DNA of 64,000 bases from Actinomycetota bacterium (GTDB taxonomy: Bacteria > Actinomycetota > Actinomycetes > Mycobacteriales > Micromonosporaceae): NCBI GenBank assembly GCA_046728155.1, contig JBKPDY010000124.1, positions 236 to 64,235 of the forward strand, read 5' to 3'. The stretch's first letter is position 1, and each line of letters starts with the position of its first letter. Positions 1 to 15,059 of the stretch are shown in pieces. The notes beneath the pieces were generated by a model that searched no databases, was not told the DNA's origin, and saw nothing but the letters and a program-made list of their open reading frames with translations. The translations under genes and the position numbers were made by a program.

Positions 1-204
1 AGCATTCAATCCCCTGCCAGTCGTGTGTGCAACCGCTGATCTCGCTCGCGAACGCCCGCGAGACCCGCCTGACCTGCGCAGACACGGTCGAGACCACGAT
101 CAACCTCCGGCCGGCGTGAGCTTCAAGGATCCATCTTTATCCGTATAAATCGGTCCGTCGCATGTGGATGCGGCGAGAACTGAAAAGACATCGGCCCGAG
201 CGGC

Positions 205-1461
205 TCAGGGAACTCGTTCGACTCCGGCGAACGTACGCCGACCCCGCCGCAGAACCAGCCATCGGCCGTGCAGCAGTCGCGCCGGGTCGACGACGGCGTT
301 GGTGTCCTCGACCCGCTCGTTGTTCACGTACGCCCCCCCTTCGGCGATGGTGCGGCGCGCCTCGTTCAGGCTCGACACCAGGCCGGACTCCTTGAGCAGC
401 GCCGCCACCGGCGGTAGCTCGCCGCTGATCCGGACCACCCCGGCCTCGGCCAACGCCGCGGCGAGAGTCGCCGGCGACAGGTCGCCCAGTGAGCCGCGTC
501 CGAACAGCGCCTCGGACGCGGCGATGACCTGGCGGCACTCGACCTCACCTTGCACCAGCGTGGTCAGCTCGCCGGCGAGCGCCCGCTGAGCCTCCCGCCG
601 GGCGGCTCGCTCGCGCGTTGCCGTCTCCAGTTCGGTCAACTCGTCCTGCGACCGGAAGCTGAAGTAGCGCAGGTACGAACCGATGTCGGCGTCGGCTGTG
701 TTGAGCCAGAACTGGTAGAACGCGTACGGCGAGGTGAGGACGGGGTCGAGCCAGATGCCGTCGCCCTCGGTCTTGCCGAACTTGGTCCCGTCGGCCTTGA
801 CCACCAGCGGCGTGGTGAAGGCGTGCACGGTGCCGCCGCCGCGGCGACGGACGTAGTCCACCCCCGCGCTGATGTTGCCCCACTGGTCGGAGCCGCCGAA
901 CTGCAACGTGCACCCGTACCGGCGGTTCAGCTCGAAGTAGTCGTGTGACTGCAGCAACTGGTACGAGAACTCGGTGAAGCTGATCCCGGTCTCCAGTCGA
1001 GCCCGGACCACCTCACGAGCGAGCATCCGGTTGACCGGAAAGTGCTTGCCCACATCGCGCAGGAACTCGATCGCCGTCATACCGGTGGTCCAGTCGAGAT
1101 TGTTCACGAGCGTTGCGGGGTTGTCGCCCGTATAGCTGACGAACGGAGCGAGCTGCGTGCGGATCCGGTCGACCCAGCTGGCCACCACGTCGGGCGGGTT
1201 GAGCACGCGTTCCGCGTTCTCCTTCGGGTCGCCGATCTGCCCGGTGGCACCTCCGACCAGAAGCAGCGGGCGGTGCCCGGCGAGCTGCAGCCGACGCGCC
1301 GTCACCACCTGCATCAGGTGCCCCACGTGCAGGCTCGCCGCGGTCGGGTCGAAGCCCACGTAGAAGGTGGCCGGACCCGCGTCGAGGTGCTTGCGAAGCT
1401 CGTCCAGGTCGGTCGAGTCCTGGATCAGGCCACGCCATTGCAGGTCGTCAAGAAGGCTCAC
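205..1461 (-). CDS. tyrS: tyrosine--tRNA ligase
   Basis: From ORF 205..1527. HIGH motif (LHVGHL) and KMSKS-like KFGKTEG are present, with a C-terminal S4-like region. Start trimmed to the in-frame GTG giving [12 protein letters not shown], a typical TyrS N-terminus. Confidence 0.92.
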   Translation of the reverse strand: MSLLDDLQWRGLIQDSTDLDELRKHLDAGPATFYVGFDPTAASLHVGHLMQVVTARRLQLAGHRPLLLVGGATGQIGDPKENAERVLNPPDVVASWVDRIRTQLAPFVSYTGDNPATLVNNLDWTTGMTAIEFLRDVGKHFPVNRMLAREVVRARLETGISFTEFSYQLLQSHDYFELNRRYGCTLQFGGSDQWGNISAGVDYVRRRGGGTVHAFTTPLVVKADGTKFGKTEGDGIWLDPVLTSPYAFYQFWLNTADADIGSYLRYFSFRSQDELTELETATRERAARREAQRALAGELTTLVQGEVECRQVIAASEALFGRGSLGDLSPATLAAALAEAGVVRISGELPPVAALLKESGLVSSLNEARRTIAEGGAYVNNERVEDTNAVVDPARLLHGRWLVLRRGRRTFAGVERVP

Positions 1462-1559
1462 GGGCACGATTCTTCCGCACCCCGCGCCGGGGCGGACACC
1501 GGGTTTCCCGGAGCCACCAGGCATCACGGCTACGCTGGCGGCGGTATCGACCGGGAGGT

Positions 1560-2207
1560 GTGGTGGCGAAGAGAGTCGGCGCGGCCGAGGTCCTCGCGGT
1601 CAAGGGACTGCGACGGGCATTCAACGAGCACGTAGTGCTCGACAACGTGAACATCACCGTCAGGGCGGGCCAGGTGTGTGCCGTCACCGGCCCCAACGGC
1701 TCGGGAAAGACCACCCTGCTACGGTGCGTGGCCGGCGCTCTCCCTTCCGACGCCGGGACTGTGACGTTGCTGGGCCAGCCGGTGGACGAATCCGATCCGC
1801 ATACCCGGGCGGCGATCGCGGCGGTCCTGGACGACACGGAGTTCTTCCCCGATCTTTCGGTCGCCGAACACCTCGAGTTGATGGCGTACGCACACGCCAC
1901 GCCCGATCCGCTCGCGGTGGTCGACGAGCTCATCGACGCGCTCTCGCTCGATGTGGCGCGCGACCAGGTGCCGCCGACCCTCTCCAGTGGACAGAGGCGT
2001 CGGCTCGCGCTGGCCTCGTGCTTCGTCCGGCCCCGACGGCTCCTCATCCTCGACGAGCCGGAACAGCGCCTGGACAGCCGCGGTCAGGACTGGCTGAAGG
2101 ACAAGCTGCTGCGGGAGAAGAAGCGAGGCACGGCCGTCCTGATGGCGAGCCACGATCCCGAACTGGTGGAGGCCGTCGCCGATCTTCGCCTGCCCGTCGG
2201 CGACTGA
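1560..2207 (+). CDS. ABC transporter ATP-binding protein
   Basis: Walker [13 protein letters not shown] signature LSSGQRRR and Walker B LLILDEP. GTG start preceded by GGGAGG. Confidence 0.88.
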   Translation: MVAKRVGAAEVLAVKGLRRAFNEHVVLDNVNITVRAGQVCAVTGPNGSGKTTLLRCVAGALPSDAGTVTLLGQPVDESDPHTRAAIAAVLDDTEFFPDLSVAEHLELMAYAHATPDPLAVVDELIDALSLDVARDQVPPTLSSGQRRRLALASCFVRPRRLLILDEPEQRLDSRGQDWLKDKLLREKKRGTAVLMASHDPELVEAVADLRLPVGD

Positions 2208-2211
2208 GTCC

Positions 2212-3609
2212 ATGACGATCGCGGCCACGGCTCCGGCCATCCCGCCTGTGCACGAGGTACGTGTCAGGCTGCGCCGCGTCCGTCGTACCCACAGCGACCG
2301 GACGCTCGGCGAGCTGCTCACCGACGTGTACCTGGTGACCTTCCTGGTCGTGCTCTACGGCGGCAGCGGAGTCGTCAGCCTGCGGCGGCACCTGGCCAGG
2401 CCGGTGGGTGGGCCCATCGGCCTGGAGTCCACCAGGGCCTGGCTCGTCGTCGCCCTCCTGGTCACCGCCGCCATCCTCGGTTGGCGCGGGCTGCGCGCGC
2501 TCGGCCCGCTCATCACGACACCGGCAGCCCAGACGTGGTGCCTGTCCACCCCGATCGACCGGGCGGCGTGGCTGCGGCTGCCGATGTACTGGGTGCTCGG
2601 CGTCTGCGCGCTCGCCGGCGCCGCGGCCGGGGTTCTCGCCACGTGGATGGGCCTGGCCACCTCTGCGTTCTGGGGTGTGTTGACCGGAGCCGGCGTCGGC
2701 GTCGCCCTCGCCGCCGCGAGTGTTGTCGTCCAGTCCCGCCAGCTGGGCGTGACCCGCCGCGTACGACCGTCCGATGTGGCGCTTCTGGTGAGCCTCCTGC
2801 TGGTCACCGCCGCTGTGACAACCCGGGTCACCCACATCACAGCGGGCCCACCGATGGTGCCGGCCGTGGTCTTCGCGAGCATCGCGGTCGTCGCCGCCGG
2901 CGTCGCCATCCGGCTCGCCGTACGGGCACTCGGGCGGGTCAACCGCGCGACCCTCGCCGGCGGTGCCGAACTCGCGGGTGCGGCGGTGTCCGCCGTTGTG
3001 ATGCTCGACCCGTCGCTCTTCTCCGGGCTCGTCGAGGCGCGGCGGTGGCGGGTCGCCGGACGAGTCCACAGCCGACGGTGGATTGCGGGTGGACGGGAGT
3101 GGGTGCTCGTCCAAGCCGATCTGCGCCGCCAATGGCGCCGCAAGTCCGGCCTGATCGCCTGGGCCGCGCTCATCCTCGCGCCGTACACGGCCGCGGTCTT
3201 CTCGTCCTCGGCCGTCGGCTCGGTTCGCATCATCGCCGGCTACCTCGCCACCGAGCGGCTCGCGGCCGGCCTCCGGCTCGTTTCGCGGTCACCGTCGCTG
3301 CGGCGGGAACTCGGTGGCAGCAATGCCGACCTCAAGCTCATCCACTTGGCAGTCCCGGCGTTCGGGCTGATCCTGTGGTGGCTCGCTACTCTCGCCGCCG
3401 GAGCGGTCCCGACCTCGCAGGCGCAGGGGCTCATCCTCATCGTGGGTACGCTCGGGGCCGTCTACCGTACCGCCACCCGTCCGCTGATGACGTACGACAC
3501 AGGCACGGCCGATCTGCCGCTCGGGCCCGTGCCGACGACGCTGCTCCGCCGGTTGCTCCGCGGACCCGACCTGGTCGCTGTTCTCGTACTCGTCGGCCTC
3601 TTCTTCTGA
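2212..3609 (+). CDS. polytopic membrane protein, probable membrane partner of the upstream ABC ATPase
   Basis: 465 aa with many hydrophobic Ala/Leu/Val-rich segments. It starts 4 nt after the ATPase stop. High GC3 in this frame. No family motif recognised. Confidence 0.6.
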   Translation: MTIAATAPAIPPVHEVRVRLRRVRRTHSDRTLGELLTDVYLVTFLVVLYGGSGVVSLRRHLARPVGGPIGLESTRAWLVVALLVTAAILGWRGLRALGPLITTPAAQTWCLSTPIDRAAWLRLPMYWVLGVCALAGAAAGVLATWMGLATSAFWGVLTGAGVGVALAAASVVVQSRQLGVTRRVRPSDVALLVSLLLVTAAVTTRVTHITAGPPMVPAVVFASIAVVAAGVAIRLAVRALGRVNRATLAGGAELAGAAVSAVVMLDPSLFSGLVEARRWRVAGRVHSRRWIAGGREWVLVQADLRRQWRRKSGLIAWAALILAPYTAAVFSSSAVGSVRIIAGYLATERLAAGLRLVSRSPSLRRELGGSNADLKLIHLAVPAFGLILWWLATLAAGAVPTSQAQGLILIVGTLGAVYRTATRPLMTYDTGTADLPLGPVPTTLLRRLLRGPDLVAVLVLVGLFF

Positions 3610-3623
3610 ACCCCTAGGGGTTC
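3608..3623. other. 16-bp perfect palindrome GAACCCCTAGGGGTTC overlapping the stop codon of the upstream gene
   Basis: Read directly from the sequence. It lies between the membrane-protein stop and the MMPL gene. It could be a stem-loop or an operator. Confidence 0.3.
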
Positions 3624-3831
3624 GCCCACGCGCAACAGCGCTGGTCAGACCGCCGATGGTAGGGATATCCCCACCTACGGACTGCGGTCAGCCTCCTCAG
3701 GGTCAGCTCCGGGCCTTCGCCGGATGGCGGCTCCCGCCCCGGGCCATAACGTCACCTTCGACAACGCCGGCGTACGCGACTGTCCACTGTGGGCAACGTG
3801 TATCGCCGGCTCGCCGAGAGGGGACGTAGCC

Positions 3832-6060
3832 GTGCAGCGTAAGCCTTTGACCGTACGGGTGGCGCGATGGAGCGCGACGCACCCATGGCGTGCGATGGGA
3901 CTATGGGTCGCCTTCGTCGTCGCCGCGATAGCCGTCGGGGGCGTGGTCGGCGCGAAGCAGAGCAACGGCAACGACAACGCAGGCGAGACGGCGCGGATGG
4001 AGCAGATCATCGACGCCGCCCACTTCCCGGACCAGCCGGTGGTGGAGCGCATCCTCGTCACGTCCCCGGCCGGAGCGCTCGACCGGGCCGACGCCGCCCG
4101 GGCGCTGGATGACGTCGCGGCTCGGATGCGTGCCCTGCCCGGAGTCGCCGGCGTTGACAAGCCGGTGCCGTCACCGGACGGTACCGCGCTGATGCTCCCG
4201 GTTCGGATGGCCGGCGATCCCGGCGCGGCCGAGGATGGCGTGCAGCCGTTGCTCGATGCGACGGCCGCGGTTCAGCGCGACCATCCCGCGCTGCGCGTGG
4301 AGGAGGTCGGTCCCGCGTCGCTCCACAAAGGCCTCGGCGAGAAGATCAACTCCGACTTCAAGCGGGCCGAGATATTCAGCGTCCCGGTGACTCTGCTCAT
4401 CCTGCTGGTCGCGTTCGGGGCGCTGATCGCGGCCGGCGTGCCGGTCCTGCTGGGTCTCTCCGCAGTCGGCGCAGCGATCGGCCTCTCCGCGCTCGCCTCG
4501 TACCTCGTGCCGACCCAGGACACGACGAACAGTGTGATCCTGCTGATCGGTCTGGCGGTCGGGGTCGATTATTCGCTCTTCTACCTCAAGCGGGAACGAG
4601 AGGAAAGAGCCAAGGGGGCCGCTCACCTCGACGCGGTGGAGATCGCGGCCGCAACGTCCGGGCACGCGGTGGTCGTCTCCGGCCTTGCCGTCGTCGTCGC
4701 GATGGCGGGGATGTTCCTGGCCGGCGACAACATCTTCACCTCGTTCGCGGTCGGCTCGATCCTCGTGGTCGCCGTGTCGGTCCTGGGATCGTTGACGGTG
4801 CTGCCGGCGCTACTGGCCAAGCTCGGCCGTTGGGTCGACCGGCCGCGCATCCCTGTCCTGTGGCGCCTGACCGCGGCTCCTACCCGCCGCGGAGCTCACG
4901 CAGACACGAGTGCGGCGCCGCGGGCCTGGTCGGCTCTGCTCCGGCCGGCGCTGCGGTTCCCCGCGGCCGCCTTCGTGGTCTCGGCGGGCGCGCTGGTCCT
5001 GCTCGGCTTGCCCACGCTCGGGATGAACCTGCGCCTACCCGGGTTGCAGGATCTGGGACAGGACACGCCGGTGATGCAGGCGTACGCCCGGTTGACGACC
5101 GCCTTCCCGAGTACCGGGACCACCCACGTCGTGGTCGTCAAGGCGCCCGCCGCGCAACGGTCCGGGGTGGATGCTGCCCTGGTCGACCTGTCGTCCCGTA
5201 CCGCGGCCGACCCGCTCTTCGCGCACGATCAGCGTCCACAGGAGACAGTCTCGCCGGACGGGACGGTCACCCTGCTGGAGATCGGAACCCCGTACGCGCT
5301 CAACACCGACGGTGCGGACCGGTCACTGGACCGCCTACGGCACGATCTCGTGCCGGCCACCGTGGGTAGCGTACCGGGCGTCGAGTACGGCGTCACCGGG
5401 GAGATCGCGGGCACGACGGACTACTCGCAGCACGTCCGCGACACACTACCGGTTGTCGTAGCCTTCGTGCTCGCCCTGACCTTCATCGTCATGGTGTGGA
5501 CGTTCCGGTCGGTGGTCATCGCCGCGACCGCCATCGGGCTGAACATGCTCTCCGTGTGGGCAGCGTACGGCGTGGTCACACTGGTCTTCCAGCGCACGTT
5601 TGCTGAGGGTCTGCTCGGCTTCCACTCCAACGGGGGAGTCGTGTCGTGGTTGCCGCTGTTCCTCTTCGTCGTCCTCTTCGGACTGTCGATGGACTACCAC
5701 GTCTTCGTGGTGAGCCGGATCCGGGAAGGAGTCGACAAGGGACTCGCCACCCGCGACGCGGTCCGGCACGGGATCGTCCGTACTGCCGGGGTGGTGACCA
5801 GCGCGGCCCTGGTCATGGTGGGCGTGTTCGGGGTGTTCGGCTCGCTGAGCAGTCTGGACATGAAGCAGCTCGGCGTCGGTCTCGCCGTCGCGATCTTCGT
5901 TGACGCGACGCTGATCCGCGCGGTCGTCCTGCCATCACTGATGGCGTTGCTCGGCCGTGCGAACTGGTGGGCTCCCGGTTTCCTGCGCCGCCGCACGACG
6001 GTGGAACCCATTGAGCCGGAGGTGACAACGCCGGAGCCGGTCGCGGTCGGCTCACGCTGA
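3832..6060 (+). CDS. MMPL-family (RND superfamily) membrane transporter
   Basis: From ORF 3724..6060. Two-fold repeat architecture with GVDYSLFYLKRERE and GLSMDYHVFVVSRIREG motifs, each following a block of TM helices. Start trimmed to GTG 3832 behind GAGAGGGGA. Confidence 0.8.
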   Translation: MQRKPLTVRVARWSATHPWRAMGLWVAFVVAAIAVGGVVGAKQSNGNDNAGETARMEQIIDAAHFPDQPVVERILVTSPAGALDRADAARALDDVAARMRALPGVAGVDKPVPSPDGTALMLPVRMAGDPGAAEDGVQPLLDATAAVQRDHPALRVEEVGPASLHKGLGEKINSDFKRAEIFSVPVTLLILLVAFGALIAAGVPVLLGLSAVGAAIGLSALASYLVPTQDTTNSVILLIGLAVGVDYSLFYLKREREERAKGAAHLDAVEIAAATSGHAVVVSGLAVVVAMAGMFLAGDNIFTSFAVGSILVVAVSVLGSLTVLPALLAKLGRWVDRPRIPVLWRLTAAPTRRGAHADTSAAPRAWSALLRPALRFPAAAFVVSAGALVLLGLPTLGMNLRLPGLQDLGQDTPVMQAYARLTTAFPSTGTTHVVVVKAPAAQRSGVDAALVDLSSRTAADPLFAHDQRPQETVSPDGTVTLLEIGTPYALNTDGADRSLDRLRHDLVPATVGSVPGVEYGVTGEIAGTTDYSQHVRDTLPVVVAFVLALTFIVMVWTFRSVVIAATAIGLNMLSVWAAYGVVTLVFQRTFAEGLLGFHSNGGVVSWLPLFLFVVLFGLSMDYHVFVVSRIREGVDKGLATRDAVRHGIVRTAGVVTSAALVMVGVFGVFGSLSSLDMKQLGVGLAVAIFVDATLIRAVVLPSLMALLGRANWWAPGFLRRRTTVEPIEPEVTTPEPVAVGSR

Positions 6061-6080
6061 TCGACGCAGACGCTCGATGA

Positions 6081-6130
6081 AAGCAGGGGCACCCTACTTG
6101 CTTGTGGATGTCAATAGGGTGCCCCTGCTT
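6081..6130. terminator. 16-bp perfect-stem hairpin between convergent genes (bidirectional terminator candidate)
   Basis: AAGCAGGGGCACCCTA, then an 18-nt loop, then TAGGGTGCCCCTGCTT. It lies between the MMPL stop (6060) and the hydrolase stop (6147). The U-tract is weak. Confidence 0.5.
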
Positions 6131-6146
6131 GCATGCGTCCGTCGCG

Positions 6147-7040
6147 TTATAGCGACACCGCAGAAGCGGCGAGCTTCGCGATCTCGTCCAGCATCAGGGG
6201 CCACAGCTCGCGCGGCAGATCGTGTCCCATCCCGGCGAACACGATCAGTCGCGCGCCAGGTACGGCAGCGGCGGTCGCCCGTCCCCCGGCCGGCCGTACC
6301 AGCGGGTCGGCGTCGCCGTGCAGGACGAGCGTCGGCACGCGGACCGAGGCGAGCCCGGGTCGCCGGTCACCCGAGGCCCGGATGGCCGCGAGCTGTCGGG
6401 GCACCGACGCGTCGTCGTGTCCCCGCTCGTATCCGCGTTTGCCCGCCTCCCGCAGCCATTGCTCGTCCAGGGGGTACGCCGGTGAGCCGATCCTGCGGAA
6501 CACGTCGACTATCCGCTGGCCCGCCTGCTCGGCGGTGGTGACGTGGCGATGGCGCAGGTTGACGAACACCTTCATCCTGGGCCGCCCGACCCGGGGCGAC
6601 GGCGTCGACATCATCGAGGTCAGGCTCCGCACGCGGGCCGGGTGCCGGATCGCGAGCGTCTGCGCGATCATGCCGCCCATGGAGGCGCCCACCACGTGAG
6701 CCGAATCCCATCCAAGCGCGTCCAGGACCGCGGCCGCGTCGCCGGCCATGTCGTCGAGACGGTACGCAGCGACCGCGGTGGCGCGCGTGAGGATCCGCAA
6801 CAGCGAAGGTCGACCGGCGGCGATGAAATGGGTCGACGCGCCGCTGTCTCGATTGTCGAAGCGGGCAACCGTGAAGCCGCGGTCGATCAGAGCGTTGCAG
6901 AAGTCGTCCGGCCAGGCGATCATCTGCATGCCGAGGCCCATGATGAGCAGCAGCGGTTCGCCATCGGGTGGCCCCAGCACCTCGTACGCGAGCCGGACAT
7001 CGCCGTTGTGGGCCATCGCTGTCGTCATGGCAGCCAGCAT
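6147..7040 (-). CDS. alpha/beta-fold hydrolase
   Basis: Nucleophile elbow GASMGG, the HGDAD segment and a C-terminal GMGHD histidine. Length of 297 aa is typical. Confidence 0.8.
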   Translation of the reverse strand: MLAAMTTAMAHNGDVRLAYEVLGPPDGEPLLLIMGLGMQMIAWPDDFCNALIDRGFTVARFDNRDSGASTHFIAAGRPSLLRILTRATAVAAYRLDDMAGDAAAVLDALGWDSAHVVGASMGGMIAQTLAIRHPARVRSLTSMMSTPSPRVGRPRMKVFVNLRHRHVTTAEQAGQRIVDVFRRIGSPAYPLDEQWLREAGKRGYERGHDDASVPRQLAAIRASGDRRPGLASVRVPTLVLHGDADPLVRPAGGRATAAAVPGARLIVFAGMGHDLPRELWPLMLDEIAKLAASAVSL

Positions 7041-7066
7041 GCCGGACGGCGGGCACAGAACGTAGC

Positions 7067-7678
7067 TCAGGGTGTCGCTGTGCGGCGTCGGGGAGCATGG
7101 CGGCGGTACACGCTCACGGTCGGCTCATCCGCCAACCAGAACCGCCACGGGGTGTCGTGCCCGCCGGCCACTCCGACCCGTGGGCCGGAGCGGATCCGGC
7201 CGGGATCCGCCGGACGGCGGGGCGGCCACAACCGCAGCGGTCCGGTTCCGTCGACCATCGACGTTGCGGTGGCGCGGCCGTCCACGGCGAGGGTCTGCGC
7301 CAGCCGGGCTGGTCCGCGGGCCAGGTCGCGATCGGGGATGCCACCACCACGCCGCTCCCGCGCGAGGGCTACCCCGCCGGTGACCTCCGCCGCCCGGAGC
7401 AGAACCGCCGACGCTTCACCGTCCGGACCGCACACGACGTTGACGCACCAGTGCATCCCGAACACGAAGTACACATACGCGAGACCGGGCGGGCCGAACA
7501 TCACGGCGTTTCGCCTCGTCCGCCCGCGGTGAGCGTGCGACGCCGGATCCGACCCGTCGCCGGCGTACGCCTCCACCTCGGTCAGCCGGAGGGTGACTCC
7601 GTTGCCGGTCAGGTTCGCTCCGAGCAGCGCTCGGGCCGTGACATCCGGCGGCCCGGCAAGCCAGTCGGACCGGCTCAC
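7067..7678 (-). CDS. mpg: DNA-3-methyladenine glycosylase (Mpg/AAG family)
   Basis: From ORF 7067..7972. Motifs TEVEAYAG and [28 protein letters not shown]. Start trimmed to the GTG that overlaps the argH stop (GTGA). Confidence 0.85.
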   Translation of the reverse strand: MSRSDWLAGPPDVTARALLGANLTGNGVTLRLTEVEAYAGDGSDPASHAHRGRTRRNAVMFGPPGLAYVYFVFGMHWCVNVVCGPDGEASAVLLRAAEVTGGVALARERRGGGIPDRDLARGPARLAQTLAVDGRATATSMVDGTGPLRLWPPRRPADPGRIRSGPRVGVAGGHDTPWRFWLADEPTVSVYRRHAPRRRTATP

Positions 7679-9120
7679 CGCGGTACGACTCGTGCCCGCG
7701 ACCACTGACGCCAACCCTCCACTGTGTCCGATGCCGCGGCGAGCTGGTCCGCGACCGGACCCGGACCGGTCGAGCCCGGGGTCGTGCGGGCCCGCAACGC
7801 GCCGCGTACCGAGAGCACCTCCCGCACCTGTGGCGTCAGGTACGGTGAAACGGCGGCAAGGTCCACATCGGACACATCGTCGAGGCCGCACTCGCGGGCG
7901 GCGCAGAGCGCGACCAACGATCCGGTGATCTCGTGCGCCTCCCGGAACGGTACTCCGGACCGGACGAGCCATTCCGCAACCTCAGTCGCGAGGGTGTAAC
8001 CCCGTGGTGCCGCCGCGACCAGCCGATCCACCCGCACGGTCATTGTGGAGACCATGCCGGCCAGGGCCGGCAGCACGAGCTCGAGCGTGTCGACGGCGTC
8101 GAACACCGGTTCCTTGTCCTCTTGCATGTCGCGGTCATACGTGAGCGGCAAGCCCTTGAGCATGGTCATGACCGTCACGAGAGCCCCGATGAGCCGGCCG
8201 GCCTTACCCCGGGCCAGCTCGGCGATATCGGGATTCTTCTTCTGCGGCATGATGGACGACCCGGTGGTGAACGCGTCGTCCAGCTCGACCCAGCCGAACT
8301 CCTGGGACGCCCACAGCACCACCTCCTCGCCCAGCCGCGACAGGTGGACCCCGATCAGCGCGGCCGCGAAGAGAAACTCGGCGGCGAAGTCCCGATCGGC
8401 GACCGCGTCCATCGAGTTGGCCGCCGCAGCGGTGAAGCCCAGTTCTCGGGCGACGCGGACCGGGTCGAGCGGCAACGACGAGCCCGCCAGCGCCCCCGCG
8501 CCCAGCGGCGAGACCGCGCACCGCGTATCCCAGTCGCGCAGCCGCTCGAGGTCGCGCAGCAGGGGCTGCACGTGGGCGAGCAACTGATGCCCGAAGCTGA
8601 CCGGTTGCGCGTGCTGCAGATGAGTCATCCCCGGTGCCGGAGTCTCCACGTGCCGGCCCGCCTGCTCGATCAGAGCGTCGGCCAGCTCCACCAGCCGCAG
8701 CGCCACGCCTCGCGCGTGGTCGCGCAGGTACAACCGCAGATCGGTGGCGACCTGGTCGTTGCGCGACCGGCCGGCGCGCAGCTTTCCGCCCAGCGCCCCC
8801 AGCCGTTCGAGCAGGCCACGTTCGAGCGCGGTGTGCACATCCTCATCGTCGACGGTGGGCCGGAATTGCATCGAGGCGCAGGCCGCCTCAAGGTCGTCCA
8901 GGGCGGCGAGCGTGCGGCCGAGTTCGTCCGTATCGAGGAGTCCGGCGCCGGCGAGCACTCGGGCGTGGGCGCGCGAGGCGGCAAGATCGTACGGGGCGAG
9001 CCGCCAGTCAAACTGGACACTGACCGACAGACGCGCGAGGGCCTCGGCCGGTCCTCCGGTGAAGCGGCCGCCCCACAGCCGTACGCCGGTCGCCGGTTCC
9101 ACCCGCGCTCCCCTCCCCAC
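7675..9120 (-). CDS. argH: argininosuccinate lyase
   Basis: Fumarate-lyase signature [12 protein letters not shown] and the N-terminal LWGGRF motif. Confidence 0.94.
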   Translation of the reverse strand: MGRGARVEPATGVRLWGGRFTGGPAEALARLSVSVQFDWRLAPYDLAASRAHARVLAGAGLLDTDELGRTLAALDDLEAACASMQFRPTVDDEDVHTALERGLLERLGALGGKLRAGRSRNDQVATDLRLYLRDHARGVALRLVELADALIEQAGRHVETPAPGMTHLQHAQPVSFGHQLLAHVQPLLRDLERLRDWDTRCAVSPLGAGALAGSSLPLDPVRVARELGFTAAAANSMDAVADRDFAAEFLFAAALIGVHLSRLGEEVVLWASQEFGWVELDDAFTTGSSIMPQKKNPDIAELARGKAGRLIGALVTVMTMLKGLPLTYDRDMQEDKEPVFDAVDTLELVLPALAGMVSTMTVRVDRLVAAAPRGYTLATEVAEWLVRSGVPFREAHEITGSLVALCAARECGLDDVSDVDLAAVSPYLTPQVREVLSVRGALRARTTPGSTGPGPVADQLAAASDTVEGWRQWSRARVVPR

Positions 9121-9202
9121 GTGTTGCCACCGTCGCAGAGCTTACTAACGAAGTCTGCGTAGGCCGGCGTCCCGTACCGACACCGTCCTGCGCCGCTGCG
9201 GG

Positions 9203-13008
<3,806 letters not shown>

Positions 13009-13012
<4 letters not shown>

Positions 13013-13896
13013 CTGGTCACCATCGTTCCGAATCCTTCGTCGGTGAAGATCTCGAGCAGGACCGAGTGGGGTACCCGCCCGTCGACGACGTGGGCCTCTT
13101 CGACACCGCCGTGTACCGCCCGCAGACAAGCCTCCATCTTCGGCGCCATGCCGGACTCGAGGTCCGGCAGCAGAACGGCCAACTCGTCCGATGCGATCTG
13201 GGACACCAGGGAGTCGGGGTCGGGCCAGTCGCGGTAGAGGCCCTTGACATCGGTGAGCACGATGAGCTTGCGCGCGCCCAGCGCCACGGCGAGTGCCCCG
13301 GCCGCTGTGTCCGCGTTGAGGTTGTGCAAGGCACCGGCGGCATCCGGCGCCACGGTCGAGATGACCGGAATCCGGCCGTTCGCGATGAGGTCGGTCACCG
13401 CCGCGACGTTGACGTGGTCGACGTCTCCGACCAGGCCGATGTCGACCTCGGCACCGTCGACCAAGGCTGGACGGCGTCGGGCCGTGAAGAGCTTCGCATC
13501 CTCGCCGGACATCCCGACCGCGAACGGACCGTGCTCGTTGACCAGACCCACGAGTTCGCGGCCAACCTGGCCGACGAGGACCATCCGGACCACGTCCATC
13601 GCCTGCGGCGTGGTCACTCGCAGGCCACTCCGGAACTCGGTCTCGATCCCCAGCCGGGCGAGCATCGCCGAGATCTGTGGTCCACCGCCGTGCACCACCA
13701 CCGGCCGGATCCCGACGTAGCGCAGAAAGACGAGATCCGCGGCGAAGGCCCGCTGTACTTCAGCGTCGAGCATCGCGCTTCCGCCGTACTTGATGACGAC
13801 GGTCGAACCGTGGAAGCGTGCGAGCCAGGGCAGCGCCTCCACCAGCGTGTTCGCCTTGCCCAGCGCGATCCCCAGATCGCGGGTGGTCACGGTCAT
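13009..13896 (-). CDS. argB: acetylglutamate kinase
   Basis: [10 protein letters not shown] motif. 295 aa. Confidence 0.95.
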
Positions 13897-15059
13897 GTCG
13901 AGTACGCCGAGTTCTCGTGTACGTACGCATGGGAAAGGTCATTCGTCCACAGTGTCGCCTGCTCGTCCCCGGCGCCGAGGTCGATGACGATCCGCACGTC
14001 CCGGCCGGACATGTCTACAGTGGACCGGTCCGCGGCGGCGCAGCCGCCGCGGCACACCCACACCCCGTTGATGGACACCGCCAGCTCGTCCGGCTCGAAC
14101 GTCGCGCTCGTCGTACCGACCGCGGCCAGGATCCGTCCCCAGTTGGGATCCGATCCGAAGAGCGCCGTCTTGATCAGGTTGCTGCGGGCGACCGTACGGG
14201 CGACCTGGACGGCGTCGTCGACAACCGCGGCTCGATGTACCTCGATCGTCACGTCCTTTGTGGATCCTTCGGCGTCGGCGAGCAGTTGCATGGCCAGGTC
14301 ATGGCAGGCGCCGGTGACCGCCGCGGTCAGCTCGTCCTGGCTCGGGGAGACACCGGACGCGCCGCTGGCCAACAACAACACCGAGTCGTTGGTGGACATG
14401 CAACCGTCCGAGTCAACCCGGTCGAACGTCACCGCGGTGGCCGCCGTGAGGGCCCGCCTCAGCTGACTCGAGTCGGCGACCGCATCGGTGGTGAGCGTGC
14501 CGAGCATGGTCGCCAGGCCGGGCGCCAGCATTCCGGCGCCCTTGGCCATCCCGCCGATCGTCCAGCCCTCCCGGGTGACCACGGTTGTCTTCGGCCGGGT
14601 GTCCGTCGTCAAGATCGCCCGGGCCGCGTCCGCCCCGCCGTCGCGGCTCAGCGCCCGCACGGCAGCATCGACGCCGTTGCGCAGCGCCGGCATGGGCAGC
14701 CGATCCCCGATGAGCCCGGTGGAACACACGGCCACATCAGCCGCCCCGACGAGCCTCCGGCCGCTCGACAATGCGGCCGCCGTGTGCTCGGCGGTGGCGT
14801 GCGCGTCCTGAAAACCCGGCGCGCCGGTGCAGGCGTTGGCGCCACCGGCGTTGAGCACTACCGCCCGTACGATGCCGGCCCGCAGCACCTGCTGGCTCCA
14901 CAGGACCGGGGCCGCTTTGACCCGATTGGTCGTGAAGACACCCGCCGCGGTGGTATCGGGTCCGTCGTTGACCACGAGGGCGACATCCGGGCCGTCGCCC
15001 GTACGCAAACCGGCAGCGACCCCGGCGGCGCGGAAGCCCTTCGGCGCCGTCGTGGTCAC
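13893..15059 (-). CDS. argJ: bifunctional glutamate N-acetyltransferase / amino-acid acetyltransferase
   Basis: From ORF 13893..15221. Autoprocessing region [14 protein letters not shown]. Start trimmed to the GTG overlapping the argC stop (GTGA), giving [13 protein letters not shown]. Confidence 0.92.
   Translation of the reverse strand: MTTTAPKGFRAAGVAAGLRTGDGPDVALVVNDGPDTTAAGVFTTNRVKAAPVLWSQQVLRAGIVRAVVLNAGGANACTGAPGFQDAHATAEHTAAALSSGRRLVGAADVAVCSTGLIGDRLPMPALRNGVDAAVRALSRDGGADAARAILTTDTRPKTTVVTREGWTIGGMAKGAGMLAPGLATMLGTLTTDAVADSSQLRRALTAATAVTFDRVDSDGCMSTNDSVLLLASGASGVSPSQDELTAAVTGACHDLAMQLLADAEGSTKDVTIEVHRAAVVDDAVQVARTVARSNLIKTALFGSDPNWGRILAAVGTTSATFEPDELAVSINGVWVCRGGCAAADRSTVDMSGRDVRIVIDLGAGDEQATLWTNDLSHAYVHENSAYST

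Noticed and set aside
1-204. Left-edge 200 nt, checked for the end of an RNA gene or a tyrS terminator.
   Set aside because: No tRNA cloverleaf, rRNA-like sequence or convincing stem plus U-tract was found. The region is truncated by the window edge.
1462-1559. T-box or leader elements upstream of tyrS and pheS (26185-26307).
   Set aside because: The spacers are short (~100-120 nt). No T-box sequence or specifier-loop architecture is recognisable. There are only generic GC hairpins.
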